Assembly (NCBI GenBank): GCA_018920315.1
Contig: JAHLMP010000002.1
Location: 48,075 to 112,074 of the forward strand
Length of the DNA: 64,000 bases
DNA from: Candidatus Aenigmatarchaeota archaeon
GTDB lineage: Archaea > Aenigmatarchaeota > Aenigmatarchaeia > GW2011-AR5 > JAHLMP01
Reading direction: 5' to 3'
A program made the position numbers and the translations under genes. The notes under the pieces are model-generated. The model did no database searches and had not been told where the DNA came from. It saw only the letters and a program-made list of their open reading frames with translations. This document shows, in pieces, positions 46,595 through 56,360 of the stretch (position 1 is the first letter of the stretch; the number at the start of each line of letters is the position of its first letter).

Positions 46595-48727
46595 TTATTT
46601 TGATTTATCACTCTTAGAATTCTTCTTATCGCTTGAATTTGTATTTGAATTTATCTTATTCTTGTCAAGCCAATCTTTCTTTGTAGGACAATTTATATCT
46701 AAACACATTCTAAAAGGTCTTGCCCCTTCTCTAGAAACTTGTATAATAGGAGTTTTGCAATCTTCGCATATTTTTCCTGTTGCTACTATTGTTCCATCTT
46801 TTGGTAATGGAAAAGCTAAATTACAACCTTTTTTGTAATTGCTACAGCCCACAAATCTCTTGCCAGTATTCCACATTTTAAATATCTTTAATGTTCCTCC
46901 GCACTTAGGGCAAGTTCCTAGCGTAGAGTATTTGTCTTGAGATTCTATCAAAGCCTTTGTCAATTCTTCTCCTATCTTATTTTCTATCCTTTTTATCTTT
47001 TCAGAAATTTCTATTATTTTCTTTTTTGCTTCTTCCAAAACCTCTTCTCTTTTTTTCTCCCCACTTTCTACTAAGTCGCACTCTTCTTCAAATTTTCTTG
47101 TCAATTCTTCAGAAACTATTTCCTTTATATTTTTTTCCAATATTTCTGCAAGCTTTAGTCCAAAGTCAGTAACTTCGATAGATTTCCCAACCAAATAACC
47201 TCTATTATAAAGAATTTGAAGAATTATCGCTCTTGTTGCTTTTGTTCCTAAGCCACGAGCTTCCATCTCTTTTAAGATCGATCCTTGTGAATATCTAGCT
47301 GGTGGTTGTGTTTGCTTTTCAAGCTTTATTACTTTTACTATGGAAATCTCTTCTCCCTTTTCAATTTCTGGTAATTCTACATCTTCTCTTTTTCCATATG
47401 GACCATAAAGCAATAGCCAGCCGGGAGAGATCGTCTTTACTCCACTCAAAGAGAATTTCATGCCATTTACATTTAGCAAGATTTTTACGCCTTCTCTTTT
47501 TGCAGGATCTCCAAATATTGCTAGAAATCTATGTACTATTAAATCATAAACCTTTTGCTGCCTATCTCCAAGCTTTTTAGGTACTTCGTGCGTCGGGTAT
47601 ATAGCTGGATGTGCAGGATCAGTTTTACTACCTTCATTTGGCTTGAGTTCTTTCTTTTCAAGCAATATTTCAGCAAGCTTTTTATATTTAGAAATATTAC
47701 CAAGATTTTGCAATATCCTTCTATAATTTATATCTTCTGGCAATTTCTCACTAGAAGTTCTAGGATAGCTTATGTATCCAGATTGATATAGAGCTTCAGC
47801 TATTTGCATCGCTTGCATCGCTGTATAGCCAAAATATCTATTGATATCTGCTAACAAAGAAGTTGTGTTATAAGGCTTAGGAGGTTTTTGTATTATTGTT
47901 CTTTTCTTTATTTCTACAATTTTAGCTTTTTTCACATCTTTCAAGCTGTTAATTATTTTTTCAGCTTCTTCTTTGCTCCATACCTTATCTTTTTCAAAAT
48001 CAGCAACGAATTTTTCTTTTCCTATCTTTACTTCTAATTTTATTTCCCAAAAAGTTTTTGGCTTAAATTCCCGAATCTTTTTTTCATGCCTTGCTAGTAT
48101 CGCAAGCGTTGGTCCTTGAACCCTTCCTGTAGATACTATTCTAAATCTCTTTCCTACAGATTTCATTGCATTTGTTAAAGCCCTTGTAAAGTTTATTCCA
48201 AAATACCAATCAAGCATATGTCTAGTATAGCCAGCTTCAACAAGATTCTTATTTAATGTTGGAGAAATATTCTTGAAGCTCTCTAGCAATTCCTCTTTTG
48301 TCATTGTAGAGAATTTCATTCTTTTAGCATCTTCTCTCTTGCAAATGAATTTTAAGATGTTGGCACCAATAACTTCGCCTTCTTCATCATAATCTGTAGC
48401 AATTATGAAATCGCTCGCTCCTTTTGCTAAAGCTTCTATATTTTTAAAAAATTTTTCAGAGAATTTTGAAACCTTAAAAGTATAGCTTGGAACCCATTCC
48501 ACATCGAATCTTGGATAATCCCAACCCTTAGAGCTTTGCTTTAGCATAAATAAATGACCAGCAGCAGGAGCAACTACAAACTTTTTTCCTTCTCTATTTA
48601 TTTCGTAATATTTTACACCATTATTATCGAATTCTTTAACTTCTCCTTCTGCCAAAGCTTTCGCAAGCGTTTTTGCTGCTGTTGGTTTTTCTGTAACAAT
48701 TAAGGTGTAGCTCATCTTATCAACCAA
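46595..48727 (-). CDS. topA: DNA topoisomerase I (type IA)
   Basis: TEKP, GHL, ATDYDEEGE, GRVQ.P.L, YISYPRT, GLGT.ATR, C-terminal zinc ribbons. Confidence 0.96.
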   Translation of the reverse strand: MVDKMSYTLIVTEKPTAAKTLAKALAEGEVKEFDNNGVKYYEINREGKKFVVAPAAGHLFMLKQSSKGWDYPRFDVEWVPSYTFKVSKFSEKFFKNIEALAKGASDFIIATDYDEEGEVIGANILKFICKREDAKRMKFSTMTKEELLESFKNISPTLNKNLVEAGYTRHMLDWYFGINFTRALTNAMKSVGKRFRIVSTGRVQGPTLAILARHEKKIREFKPKTFWEIKLEVKIGKEKFVADFEKDKVWSKEEAEKIINSLKDVKKAKIVEIKKRTIIQKPPKPYNTTSLLADINRYFGYTAMQAMQIAEALYQSGYISYPRTSSEKLPEDINYRRILQNLGNISKYKKLAEILLEKKELKPNEGSKTDPAHPAIYPTHEVPKKLGDRQQKVYDLIVHRFLAIFGDPAKREGVKILLNVNGMKFSLSGVKTISPGWLLLYGPYGKREDVELPEIEKGEEISIVKVIKLEKQTQPPARYSQGSILKEMEARGLGTKATRAIILQILYNRGYLVGKSIEVTDFGLKLAEILEKNIKEIVSEELTRKFEEECDLVESGEKKREEVLEEAKKKIIEISEKIKRIENKIGEELTKALIESQDKYSTLGTCPKCGGTLKIFKMWNTGKRFVGCSNYKKGCNLAFPLPKDGTIVATGKICEDCKTPIIQVSREGARPFRMCLDINCPTKKDWLDKNKINSNTNSSDKKNSKSDKSK

Positions 48728-48732
48728 GAAAT

Positions 48733-49020
48733 TTATTTTATTTCTATTTTTTTAATCCTAAATCCCTCACCAACAATATGTTTCTTTCCGCAAACATTAC
48801 ACTTGTAGCGTAGATCAACTTTTTTTGTTGGCTTCTCTCTTCCTTGTGGGTTTGGTTTCGGAAAAGACCCATAACCTTTTAGCTTTCTTTCAAAGCTTCT
48901 TTGAGATTTAGAATTCTTACTTCTGGGCCTTTTTTTAACTATCTCTACGGTATGCTCTGTATGCTTCTTGCAAAATGGACAAAACTTTCTTTGTGTTTTT
49001 GGCATTATCATCTTACTCAC
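48733..49020 (-). CDS. rpl44e: 50S ribosomal protein L44e
   Basis: [28 protein letters not shown]. Confidence 0.95.
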   Translation of the reverse strand: MSKMIMPKTQRKFCPFCKKHTEHTVEIVKKRPRSKNSKSQRSFERKLKGYGSFPKPNPQGREKPTKKVDLRYKCNVCGKKHIVGEGFRIKKIEIK

Positions 49021-49078
49021 TTTTAATCAATTTCTAACATTTCTCAAATTTATATATTTAACTATTTCTTCAATTTAT

Positions 49079-49597
49079 TTACTCTTCCTCGATTTTGCAA
49101 TATCCATATTTTATCAGTAAATTCTTTAAATCTTCTGGTAGTATTACCTTTTCTCCTTTTTTTAAATTATAAATCTTTAAATCTGTTCCGACAAAAGGTC
49201 CAATATCTCTTTCTACAACAATAGCTTTTATCTTTTTAGATTCATCCTCTTTTAATTTTTCATTTTTAATATTTTTTTCCTCTGGCTGCAGTTCGCTCTC
49301 TATATAATTTTTTCTAAAGTTTGATACATAGCTAAGAATGGATTCAAACAATTCTCTTTCTTCTACTGTCATATTTTTTGGAATTTCTTTTGTTTTGAAA
49401 TAGTTTATAGCAAAATTTAGAATCTTTCTTATTCTCATGTCTACTAAGTCTTCAATAACAAATCTTGAATAACTATCTTTAGTTCTTGCAAGATACTCTT
49501 TTGCATCTTGAAAAAAATTTTTTGGAAGTTCTTGAAGATTCTTGCTATTTTTTTCATTCCATTGCAACTCTCTTATCTTTTCAAATGTTAGAATCAT
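49079..49597 (-). CDS. GINS complex subunit (Gins15/Sld5-Psf1-like)
   Basis: LQELP.NFF, R.RKI, NMT.EE, FVG.DLK.Y.LKKG; primase-GINS-L44e context. Confidence 0.8.
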   Translation of the reverse strand: MILTFEKIRELQWNEKNSKNLQELPKNFFQDAKEYLARTKDSYSRFVIEDLVDMRIRKILNFAINYFKTKEIPKNMTVEERELFESILSYVSNFRKNYIESELQPEEKNIKNEKLKEDESKKIKAIVVERDIGPFVGTDLKIYNLKKGEKVILPEDLKNLLIKYGYCKIEEE

Positions 49598-49682
49598 AAC
49601 TTATCACATTTTAAATTTATTTGCTGAAAAAATTTTCCTATGATAAGTAAGAGGATTGCAAATTCTTAAAATTTTATTAGAT

Positions 49683-51122
49683 TTATAATAAACTATCTTT
49701 ATGATATCTCATTTGATGCATTTTCAAGCCTTTCTCATTTTTGAATCTTCTGTTACAAATTCTACAAATATATAACTCTTTTTCGATAGTTTCTTCTTTT
49801 TTTCCCATCTTTATTATTTTCATTGGATAATTCATTGGATTTTTAATCTCTTTACAAATTTCATCTGGCGTGCAAATCCCAATGCTTTTATAGAATAAAT
49901 CGCTTTCACAATTAGAAGGAAATACTCTTTCTTGGCGAAAATGCCAATTTAGCTGAGAGTTTATAAAGCTAAAAGGAAGGCTTGGAATGTTTTTTCTGTT
50001 CCATTCATCAAGTTTTGCTTCAATTTCTTCTTTGCTCCAATTCATCATTCTTAGAAATGAGATTAATGTAAAACTACTCCTTTTCTTGCCATCATGCAAC
50101 CCCTTTAATATATTTTTAATGCATGGTGGGAATAATCTTTCTGGAACCTTTTTCATTAAAACTTCTTCGCCTTTATATTTCTTTTCTTTTTTAATTTCTC
50201 TTATGCTTTTTTCTATTTTCGCGCTCCACTCTAATGCATCTATCAATAAGTTTATAGCTTCTTTTTCATCACAACTTTTTAGAAAATCATCACATCTTTT
50301 TACTTTGCTTATTTTTGCTTTTTCGATATCAAACTCATCTAAACTTTTTATAGGAATAGATGCTAACCATGTTTTTTCATTTATAGAAAAAGGCGCCCTA
50401 AATAGGTGACGATCTCCCCAACCCCTTTCAACATCTACCCAAACAAATGCATCTAACTTTTCTGTTGGCAAAACTTCGAAAAGCTTTTTTAATGAATATT
50501 TTTCTACAAGCTTTTCTAAAAGCTCGTCTTTTATTTTTTCTCTGATAAACTCTGATAAAATTTTAGGAATTCTTGGATATTGATTTGCAAGTTTCTCATA
50601 GTTTATCTCTTCTGGAAAAGCTTCGAAAGGCACGATTATATGAAATCCTCTAGAGCCTGAGAATTTTATCCCATAGCTTTTTATCCCATAGCTTTTTAGA
50701 AGATTACAAACTAAATTGGCGCATATTTTAGCAGCCTCTATCCCTATCTTTGAGTCAATATCAATTAAAAAATCAAATCCATTTCTTAGTTCATTATAAT
50801 TTCTTTTATCAATTGAAAGAAGCATAGGATTTTTCCATCTTTCTACAGAGCAATGAAATGATGTTATTCCATCTTCAATCATATGAATAATGTCAGAAGG
50901 GTATTGTACAATGCTTGGCCTTTTGCTATAAGCGCCATTAGAAAAAGCGCCAACAAATTCTCTACCTTTTGCAATCTTCAAAAGCACTTCCAAAATATCT
51001 TCGCGAGAATAATATTCTAAAATATCTTCTCTTCTTGGCATCGGTTGCTTTATTCTTTCTATTTCAGAGGTAATTTTATTCGAATTTATGTTTGTCTTTG
51101 TATTTGAGTTTTCTTCTTCCAT
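49683..51122 (-). CDS. Fused DNA primase PriS-PriL with C-terminal C2H2 zinc finger
   Basis: DFLIDID and KFSGSRGFH (PriS); FPPCI, SNC, IC.PD..C (PriL Fe-S); CRICNRRF...H...YH. Confidence 0.88.
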   Translation of the reverse strand: MEEENSNTKTNINSNKITSEIERIKQPMPRREDILEYYSREDILEVLLKIAKGREFVGAFSNGAYSKRPSIVQYPSDIIHMIEDGITSFHCSVERWKNPMLLSIDKRNYNELRNGFDFLIDIDSKIGIEAAKICANLVCNLLKSYGIKSYGIKFSGSRGFHIIVPFEAFPEEINYEKLANQYPRIPKILSEFIREKIKDELLEKLVEKYSLKKLFEVLPTEKLDAFVWVDVERGWGDRHLFRAPFSINEKTWLASIPIKSLDEFDIEKAKISKVKRCDDFLKSCDEKEAINLLIDALEWSAKIEKSIREIKKEKKYKGEEVLMKKVPERLFPPCIKNILKGLHDGKKRSSFTLISFLRMMNWSKEEIEAKLDEWNRKNIPSLPFSFINSQLNWHFRQERVFPSNCESDLFYKSIGICTPDEICKEIKNPMNYPMKIIKMGKKEETIEKELYICRICNRRFKNEKGLKMHQMRYHKDSLL

Positions 51123-51212
51123 ATTAAATTGAGTCGAATCAATTTTTTAATTAGTTAAGAATTTTTAATTAGTGATAATAAAATCAAAAATGAAATTAAT
51201 AAATTTTTCTTT

Positions 51213-52238
51213 TTACTTTTCTTTTTCTACCTGTTCTTCTAACTCTTTAGCCTTTCTTTCAACCTCCTCCTCTATTCCTAAAGCTTGTGCTATCTCTTTA
51301 TATCTATTTCTTATTGTTACTTCTGTTACGCCAACAATGTCAGCTATTTCTCTTTGTGTTCTTCTTTCACCATTTAATACAGATGCTATATAAATTGCTG
51401 CAGCAGCACAACCACAAGGGCCTTTACCAGAAACAACCTCCTTTTTCAAAGCCTTTTTCAATATCTCTGCTGCCTTAACTTCTGTACTTTCCTTTAATTG
51501 AAGCAAAGACGCAAATCTTGGAATGTAAGATTCGGCGGAAGAAGGAACTATTCTTAGCTTAAGCTTTCTTGAAATGTATCTATAAGTTCTTCCCAGCTCT
51601 CTTTTAGATATTCCAGTAGCTTGTGAAATTTCTGCTAAAGTTCTTGGACTTTTATACTCTCTTGATAAAGCATAAACCAAAGAAGCAATAATAGATTCTA
51701 TTGATCTCCCTCTAATCAAACCTTTTTCTAAAGCTTTTTCATAAAGTTCTGAAACCTCTTCATGCAATGTTTTAGGCAGCCCTAAGAATGAGACTAATCT
51801 TTCGAGCTCTCCTAGAGCAAATGAAAGATTTCTATCCTTAGAAGTAATCAATCTCTTTTGCCATTTTCTTAATCTGAAATATTGTCCTCTTTTCTTTATA
51901 GGCACCTTGAAAAGCTCTGTTGTTCCTCGACCTATTTCAGTAGTTAGGCCTTTATCATGGCGTTTCGCAGTTAGTGGCGCTCCAGTTCTACTTCTTCTTG
52001 ACATTTGCTCGCTATCAAAGGCGCGCCACTCTTGAGTAGTATCTATCATATATTCATCTAAAACAGCTCCACATTTTGCGCAAATAATTTCTCCACGATT
52101 AATATCTTCGTAAACATTAGTTGAGCCACAGTATTTGCACGTATTTTTACTTTCTTTTCCAAGCTCTACTTTTCTTTCTTTCTCTTTTTTATATTTTTTT
52201 CCAACTTTTCCATCACTTTTTTTATGTTTCTTAGCCAT
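51213..52238 (-). CDS. tfb: Transcription initiation factor IIB
   Basis: CKYCGS..CAKCG zinc ribbon, EWRAF..RSRTG.P, RGRSIE, GVTEVTIRNRYKE. Confidence 0.97.
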   Translation of the reverse strand: MAKKHKKSDGKVGKKYKKEKERKVELGKESKNTCKYCGSTNVYEDINRGEIICAKCGAVLDEYMIDTTQEWRAFDSEQMSRRSRTGAPLTAKRHDKGLTTEIGRGTTELFKVPIKKRGQYFRLRKWQKRLITSKDRNLSFALGELERLVSFLGLPKTLHEEVSELYEKALEKGLIRGRSIESIIASLVYALSREYKSPRTLAEISQATGISKRELGRTYRYISRKLKLRIVPSSAESYIPRFASLLQLKESTEVKAAEILKKALKKEVVSGKGPCGCAAAAIYIASVLNGERRTQREIADIVGVTEVTIRNRYKEIAQALGIEEEVERKAKELEEQVEKEK

Positions 52239-52459
52239 AATAACCCCGAAAAAAGAAAGTTGCTACTATTTAATACTGATTAATAACAAAAATTTGTATG
52301 TATATGTTTATTTTTCTTAGTATTTAAAGATTTCTATGCTAAAAAATATATATTTTACAATGCTATTTCCGATATATTTTTCTCTTCAAGACTTATTTTT
52401 TAATTTATTTTTTCAAATATTTCTAATAATTAAATTTAGCTTTACAAGGTTGAATATAT

Positions 52460-52675
52460 ATGAGTATTTCTCTACTATCTTGTAAGAAAATAGCAAAGAA
52501 AAGCGGAATAAAAAGAATTTCGAAGGATGCATTAGAAGATCTTAGAGATATTCTTGAAGATTATGCCAAAGAGGTAGCACTAAAAGCTTGGAGAATAGCG
52601 CAACATAGCGATCGTAATACATTGCTTAAGAAAGATGTTGAGTTAGCTATTGCTCTAAGTGAAAATAAAAAATAG
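52460..52675 (+). CDS. Archaeal histone
   Basis: Histone fold KRISKDA...A.H.DRNTL..KDVELA. Confidence 0.85.
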   Translation: MSISLLSCKKIAKKSGIKRISKDALEDLRDILEDYAKEVALKAWRIAQHSDRNTLLKKDVELAIALSENKK

Positions 52676-52717
52676 TTTTTTGCTATTCAAGCCCATAGTT
52701 TTACTCATTTAACACCT

Positions 52718-53872
52718 TTAATATTCTTTTTTAAAACCATCTTTTGATATTGATACATCTAAGGGAACGATATTATCCCTTTTCCAGTTATTTTTTATTT
52801 TTCTTGCTATTTCTTTAGAAAATGTTATAGCAATGCCACAATCTCCTCCACCAGCGCCGCTAAGCTTTCCTGCACCACCAAGAGAGTTTGCTATTTCAGA
52901 AAGTTTTCTTAGCTTTTCGGTTTCTATATTTACATCTGCTCTTTTTCCAAGTTCGCGAAGATATTCTTCATTCTTTCTTATGAGCTCTAATATTTTCTTT
53001 TTATCCTCTTTTTTCCATGCTATTATCAAATTATTTACAAGAGAATTTACATTACTACAAAACGCTTTGTATTCTTCTTCTCCGCTCTTAGCTCGCCATT
53101 CATTAATTCTTTTTATCATCTCGCTTGTAGAAGCTTTTTCTCCAGTCCATCCAACTAGTAATTGAAAATCCTTAAGCATAGGAAGCCTTTCTATCTTAAA
53201 ATAAGGCCATTTTTTATCAACAATTTTCTTTAAATCTTCCTTAACCACTATTTTACCATTATTAATTTCGATCCTCTCATTTAGCCAGTTCGGATCAAAT
53301 CTATAATAAGCAAAAATTCCTCCATAGCAAGATGATGCAATATCGAATCCAGAGCCAAGCTTTCCTTGGGCAATATAATGCGCTATTGTTGCTAGCTTGT
53401 AAATTCTTTCTTTTGCATCTTCGCTTTCAATATCATGATTGTGAAATTTTAGAATTGATGCAATTGTAGCAACCGTGCAAGCTGCTGAAGAACCAAAACC
53501 AATTTTTATCAAGTTTTTGCCCATTTTTATGCTTGTGCCTTTACCCCAAGTTCTTATTTTAAAGGGCTTGAACTCTCTAATATATAGCAAAGCGATCTCT
53601 ATAGCTGCTTTAACAAACTTCATATATTCCTTTGTTTCTTTTTTAACTTTGCTAAAAATCTTTAACTCATTATCTTCGAATCTCGCCTCTATATTCTTAG
53701 TGCCAATCTCCTCAAAAGTTAGCAGAATTTTATTTTTTTCTTTTTTATTATTGATTTTATCTAATTCAACATAAACCCTTTTGTCAATAGAAGCCACTAT
53801 TCCTGGGTTTCCTAATTCAAGAATTGCCCATTCACCAGCAATAAACAATTTTCCTGGCGCTGATATTAACAT
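52718..53872 (-). CDS. Phosphomevalonate kinase (GHMP, ERG8/MvaK2-like)
   Basis: SAPGKLFIAGEW.IL, KIGFGSSAA, GSGFDIASS.YGG, GWTG..AST, KLSGAGGGDCGI. Confidence 0.85.
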   Translation of the reverse strand: MLISAPGKLFIAGEWAILELGNPGIVASIDKRVYVELDKINNKKEKNKILLTFEEIGTKNIEARFEDNELKIFSKVKKETKEYMKFVKAAIEIALLYIREFKPFKIRTWGKGTSIKMGKNLIKIGFGSSAACTVATIASILKFHNHDIESEDAKERIYKLATIAHYIAQGKLGSGFDIASSCYGGIFAYYRFDPNWLNERIEINNGKIVVKEDLKKIVDKKWPYFKIERLPMLKDFQLLVGWTGEKASTSEMIKRINEWRAKSGEEEYKAFCSNVNSLVNNLIIAWKKEDKKKILELIRKNEEYLRELGKRADVNIETEKLRKLSEIANSLGGAGKLSGAGGGDCGIAITFSKEIARKIKNNWKRDNIVPLDVSISKDGFKKEY

Positions 53873-53926
53873 TTTATCACATAATTACAATTTTTCCATC
53901 AAGAGTGCTAAAAATAATATTTCTAA

Positions 53927-53992
53927 AATTCAAAATAAATGCTCATTCAATTCAAAATAAATGCTCATTCAATTCAAAATAAATGCTCATTC
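53927..53992. repeat. Perfect 3 x 22 bp tandem repeat AATTCAAAATAAATGCTCATTC covering the mvaD stop
   Basis: Copies at 53927, 53949 and 53971. Confidence 0.97.
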
Positions 53993-54990
53993 GTAACCTT
54001 TGCATCGTCTCCTGGAGATGTTATAATAATGTTTTCTATTTCATTCACTTCTTTTATCCTTTCTACAATATCTTTTACAAATTCTTCTAAGCATAATATC
54101 TTAACTTGTGGACCAGCATCTATGGTAAAATAGCATTCTATCCCTTCTTCTCTTAATCTTAAGACAAGATTTATTATTTCAATCGTTGCTCCATTCCAAT
54201 ATATAATTGGTGGCTTTGTGGTTATCATTGTTGAATGCATTCTAAGGCAATTTAGCTCTGCTACACTTCCTACTAATTTGAAATCTTTTTCAATTATACC
54301 CTTTTTTACTAATCTTATATCCTCTTCAATGGTTTCAAGCCAAGCTTTATAGAAAGGAGATGTTAGAACAGTTTGCTTCATTCCAGCTCTACTCTTAATC
54401 TTCTTTTCCTTTGAAGATGTTATGCAAATAATTATTCTAAAATCAGGCCAATGTTCTTTAGTTGCTATTTGCTCAGCATAGCTATCTCTTCCATCTTCAA
54501 ATATTCCTTTTCTCCATTCCACAAAGCCCCCGTAGATTGATCTGCAAGCTGAGCCAGAGCCTAATCTTGCAAGAATGCTCAATTCCTTTTTACTTAGATT
54601 TAATTCTAAAGCTTCATTACATGCAAGCGCAAGAGCCGCAAAGCCAGAAGCTGATGATGCAAGCCCTGCTGCAGTAGGAAAATTGTTTCTAGAAACTATT
54701 TTTGCATTAAGATTTTTTGCTTTGTTTGGGTAAAGCTCTCTTAGCTTTTTCAAGAATCTTCCAACATATTCTTCGTATTCACTATCTTGAGTATTGATCT
54801 CTTTATCATTAATTATTATAATATCTCTTTTCAGATTTTCGCTAAATTCAACGGTTGTATGAGTATAAATCTTATCTAGAGTTACGCTTATGCTTGAATT
54901 GTATGGAAGTATGAGATCCTCGTTTCTTTTACCCCAATATTTAACTAATGCTATGTTAGAGTTTGCTATGGCGCTAGCCTTTTTTGTCAT
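53974..54990 (-). CDS. mvaD: Diphosphomevalonate decarboxylase
   Basis: NIALVKYWGK, PTAAGLASSASGFAA, RLGSGSACRS, SRAGM, TIDAGP. Confidence 0.92.
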   Translation of the reverse strand: MTKKASAIANSNIALVKYWGKRNEDLILPYNSSISVTLDKIYTHTTVEFSENLKRDIIIINDKEINTQDSEYEEYVGRFLKKLRELYPNKAKNLNAKIVSRNNFPTAAGLASSASGFAALALACNEALELNLSKKELSILARLGSGSACRSIYGGFVEWRKGIFEDGRDSYAEQIATKEHWPDFRIIICITSSKEKKIKSRAGMKQTVLTSPFYKAWLETIEEDIRLVKKGIIEKDFKLVGSVAELNCLRMHSTMITTKPPIIYWNGATIEIINLVLRLREEGIECYFTIDAGPQVKILCLEEFVKDIVERIKEVNEIENIIITSPGDDAKVTNEHLF

Positions 54991-55081
54991 GATAGAAAAT
55001 TTAAGTGCAATATTTAAATTGATTTAAAGAACGCTAAAACATTATAAAGCAATTAAAGCATTGATTTTGAAAATAAAATTA

Positions 55082-55588
55082 ATGAAAAACAAGACTAAAA
55101 GAAATTTTCGTACTAAAGCAAAAAATTTTGCATATAGCATTGGAAATTCTTTCTTTTTAATAGGATTTGGAATATATGCAATACCTACAATAACTAGGAA
55201 AATCTTTGAAAAAGAAAATAAAGGCTTTGGAAAAGAAAATTTTGAAATAGTTTTCGGTTATATATCTGGTGCTGGAATTGGTGCATTAATATTAAAAGAT
55301 CAGATTAGTAGCTACATAGACGCTCTTGCTTATAGAGATTACTCTTCTCTTATGTTTCCTATCTTTACAAATATAATAAGCGCTGGGTATGAAACTCTAA
55401 GATTTATACGCTCGAGATTTTTTTATAGAAAAAATAAGAATGAGTTCACGGAAAACGAATTGAAAGAAATAGAAGATTTAAACGAATCATATGAGACAAA
55501 TAGATTATATGAGACATTTACATCAAGCGAAACAAATAGTTTTACACTTTCTAAATTTGATAGCGAGTTAATAAACAAACATTTTTAA
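55082..55588 (+). CDS. Hypothetical membrane protein
   Basis: 2-3 hydrophobic segments; no family recognised. Confidence 0.55.
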   Translation: MKNKTKRNFRTKAKNFAYSIGNSFFLIGFGIYAIPTITRKIFEKENKGFGKENFEIVFGYISGAGIGALILKDQISSYIDALAYRDYSSLMFPIFTNIISAGYETLRFIRSRFFYRKNKNEFTENELKEIEDLNESYETNRLYETFTSSETNSFTLSKFDSELINKHF

Positions 55589-55658
55589 AAATAAAATCAC
55601 AAAATTGAAGATATTCTAAAATCAAGCTTTGAGTTATATTACTAGCTTTTGCAATTCT

Positions 55659-56099
55659 CTAATTTTTGACCTTTTCCCACGATTCAATATCTCCAGTTAC
55701 TATCTTAAAAATCGGATTTACTTCTATTTCATTCCTTTTAATTTTTAAAAGTTCTCTATATTTCTTCTTATTTCTTTTTCTAAGCTTTCTCAAAAGATGT
55801 TCAAATTCATATTTTATTTGCTCAGAAGATACCGAAATTATTCCTTTAGCTTCTATTTGTAAAATCTTTTTATCATCAAATTTGTAATTCCTTCTTATAC
55901 CTTCTTTATATATCTCATATAAGTAAGCATTAATTGCAACCAAAGAATCTTTATAATTTTTAAATCTAATAAGCTGGGGATGATCTTTATAACCTTTTGT
56001 TTTTCCTTCAAGAACCTTCTTTGCAAGCAAGCTTTCTCTCCAAAGAGCTACTAAGCCGATACTGTCTAAATATTTTGGATGCAAAGACCAGAGGCGCAT
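55659..56099 (-). CDS. Pyrimidine dimer DNA glycosylase/T4 endonuclease V-like protein
   Basis: MRLWSLHPKYLD..GLVALWRE.LLA, GY..HPQL.RF. Confidence 0.9.
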   Translation of the reverse strand: MRLWSLHPKYLDSIGLVALWRESLLAKKVLEGKTKGYKDHPQLIRFKNYKDSLVAINAYLYEIYKEGIRRNYKFDDKKILQIEAKGIISVSSEQIKYEFEHLLRKLRKRNKKKYRELLKIKRNEIEVNPIFKIVTGDIESWEKVKN

Positions 56100-56146
56100 A
56101 TTTTTATTATATGGAATAAAATAAATTTTAATAAAAATTTTATCAA

Positions 56147-56187
56147 AAATAGTTTATGTTTTAATAAGAAATAGTTTATGTTTTAAT
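56147..56187. repeat. 19-bp direct repeat AAATAGTTTATGTTTTAAT (22-bp period) just upstream of tRNA-Thr
   Basis: Copies at 56147 and 56169. Confidence 0.9.
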
Positions 56188-56192
56188 GAAAA

Positions 56193-56317
56193 GCCCCGGT
56201 AGCTCAGTTGGTAGAGCGTTTGCATGGTAAGCAAAAGGTCGCGAGTTCGAGAAAAATATTTTAAATTTTTGAAAATCTTTTTCACACCTTAAATTTTCGA
56301 GAATCTCGCCCGGGGCT
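56193..56317 (+). tRNA. tRNA-Thr(GGT) with a 52-nt T-loop intron at 59/60 (56252-56303)
   Basis: Acceptor GCCCCGG/CCGGGGC+T, D stem GCTC/GAGC, anticodon stem TTTGC/GCAAA, T stem GCGAG/CTCGC; BHB TTCG:CGAG with AG|A and AA|T bulges; 73 nt mature. Confidence 0.92.
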
Positions 56318-56360
56318 TTAAAATTTCTTTTAATTCTCTTATTATGCTCCTCTTGGAATG

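Noticed and set aside
53927-53992. Possible mini-CRISPR array
   Set aside because: Repeats are directly adjacent with no spacers, derive from the mvaD coding end, and no cas genes are in the window.
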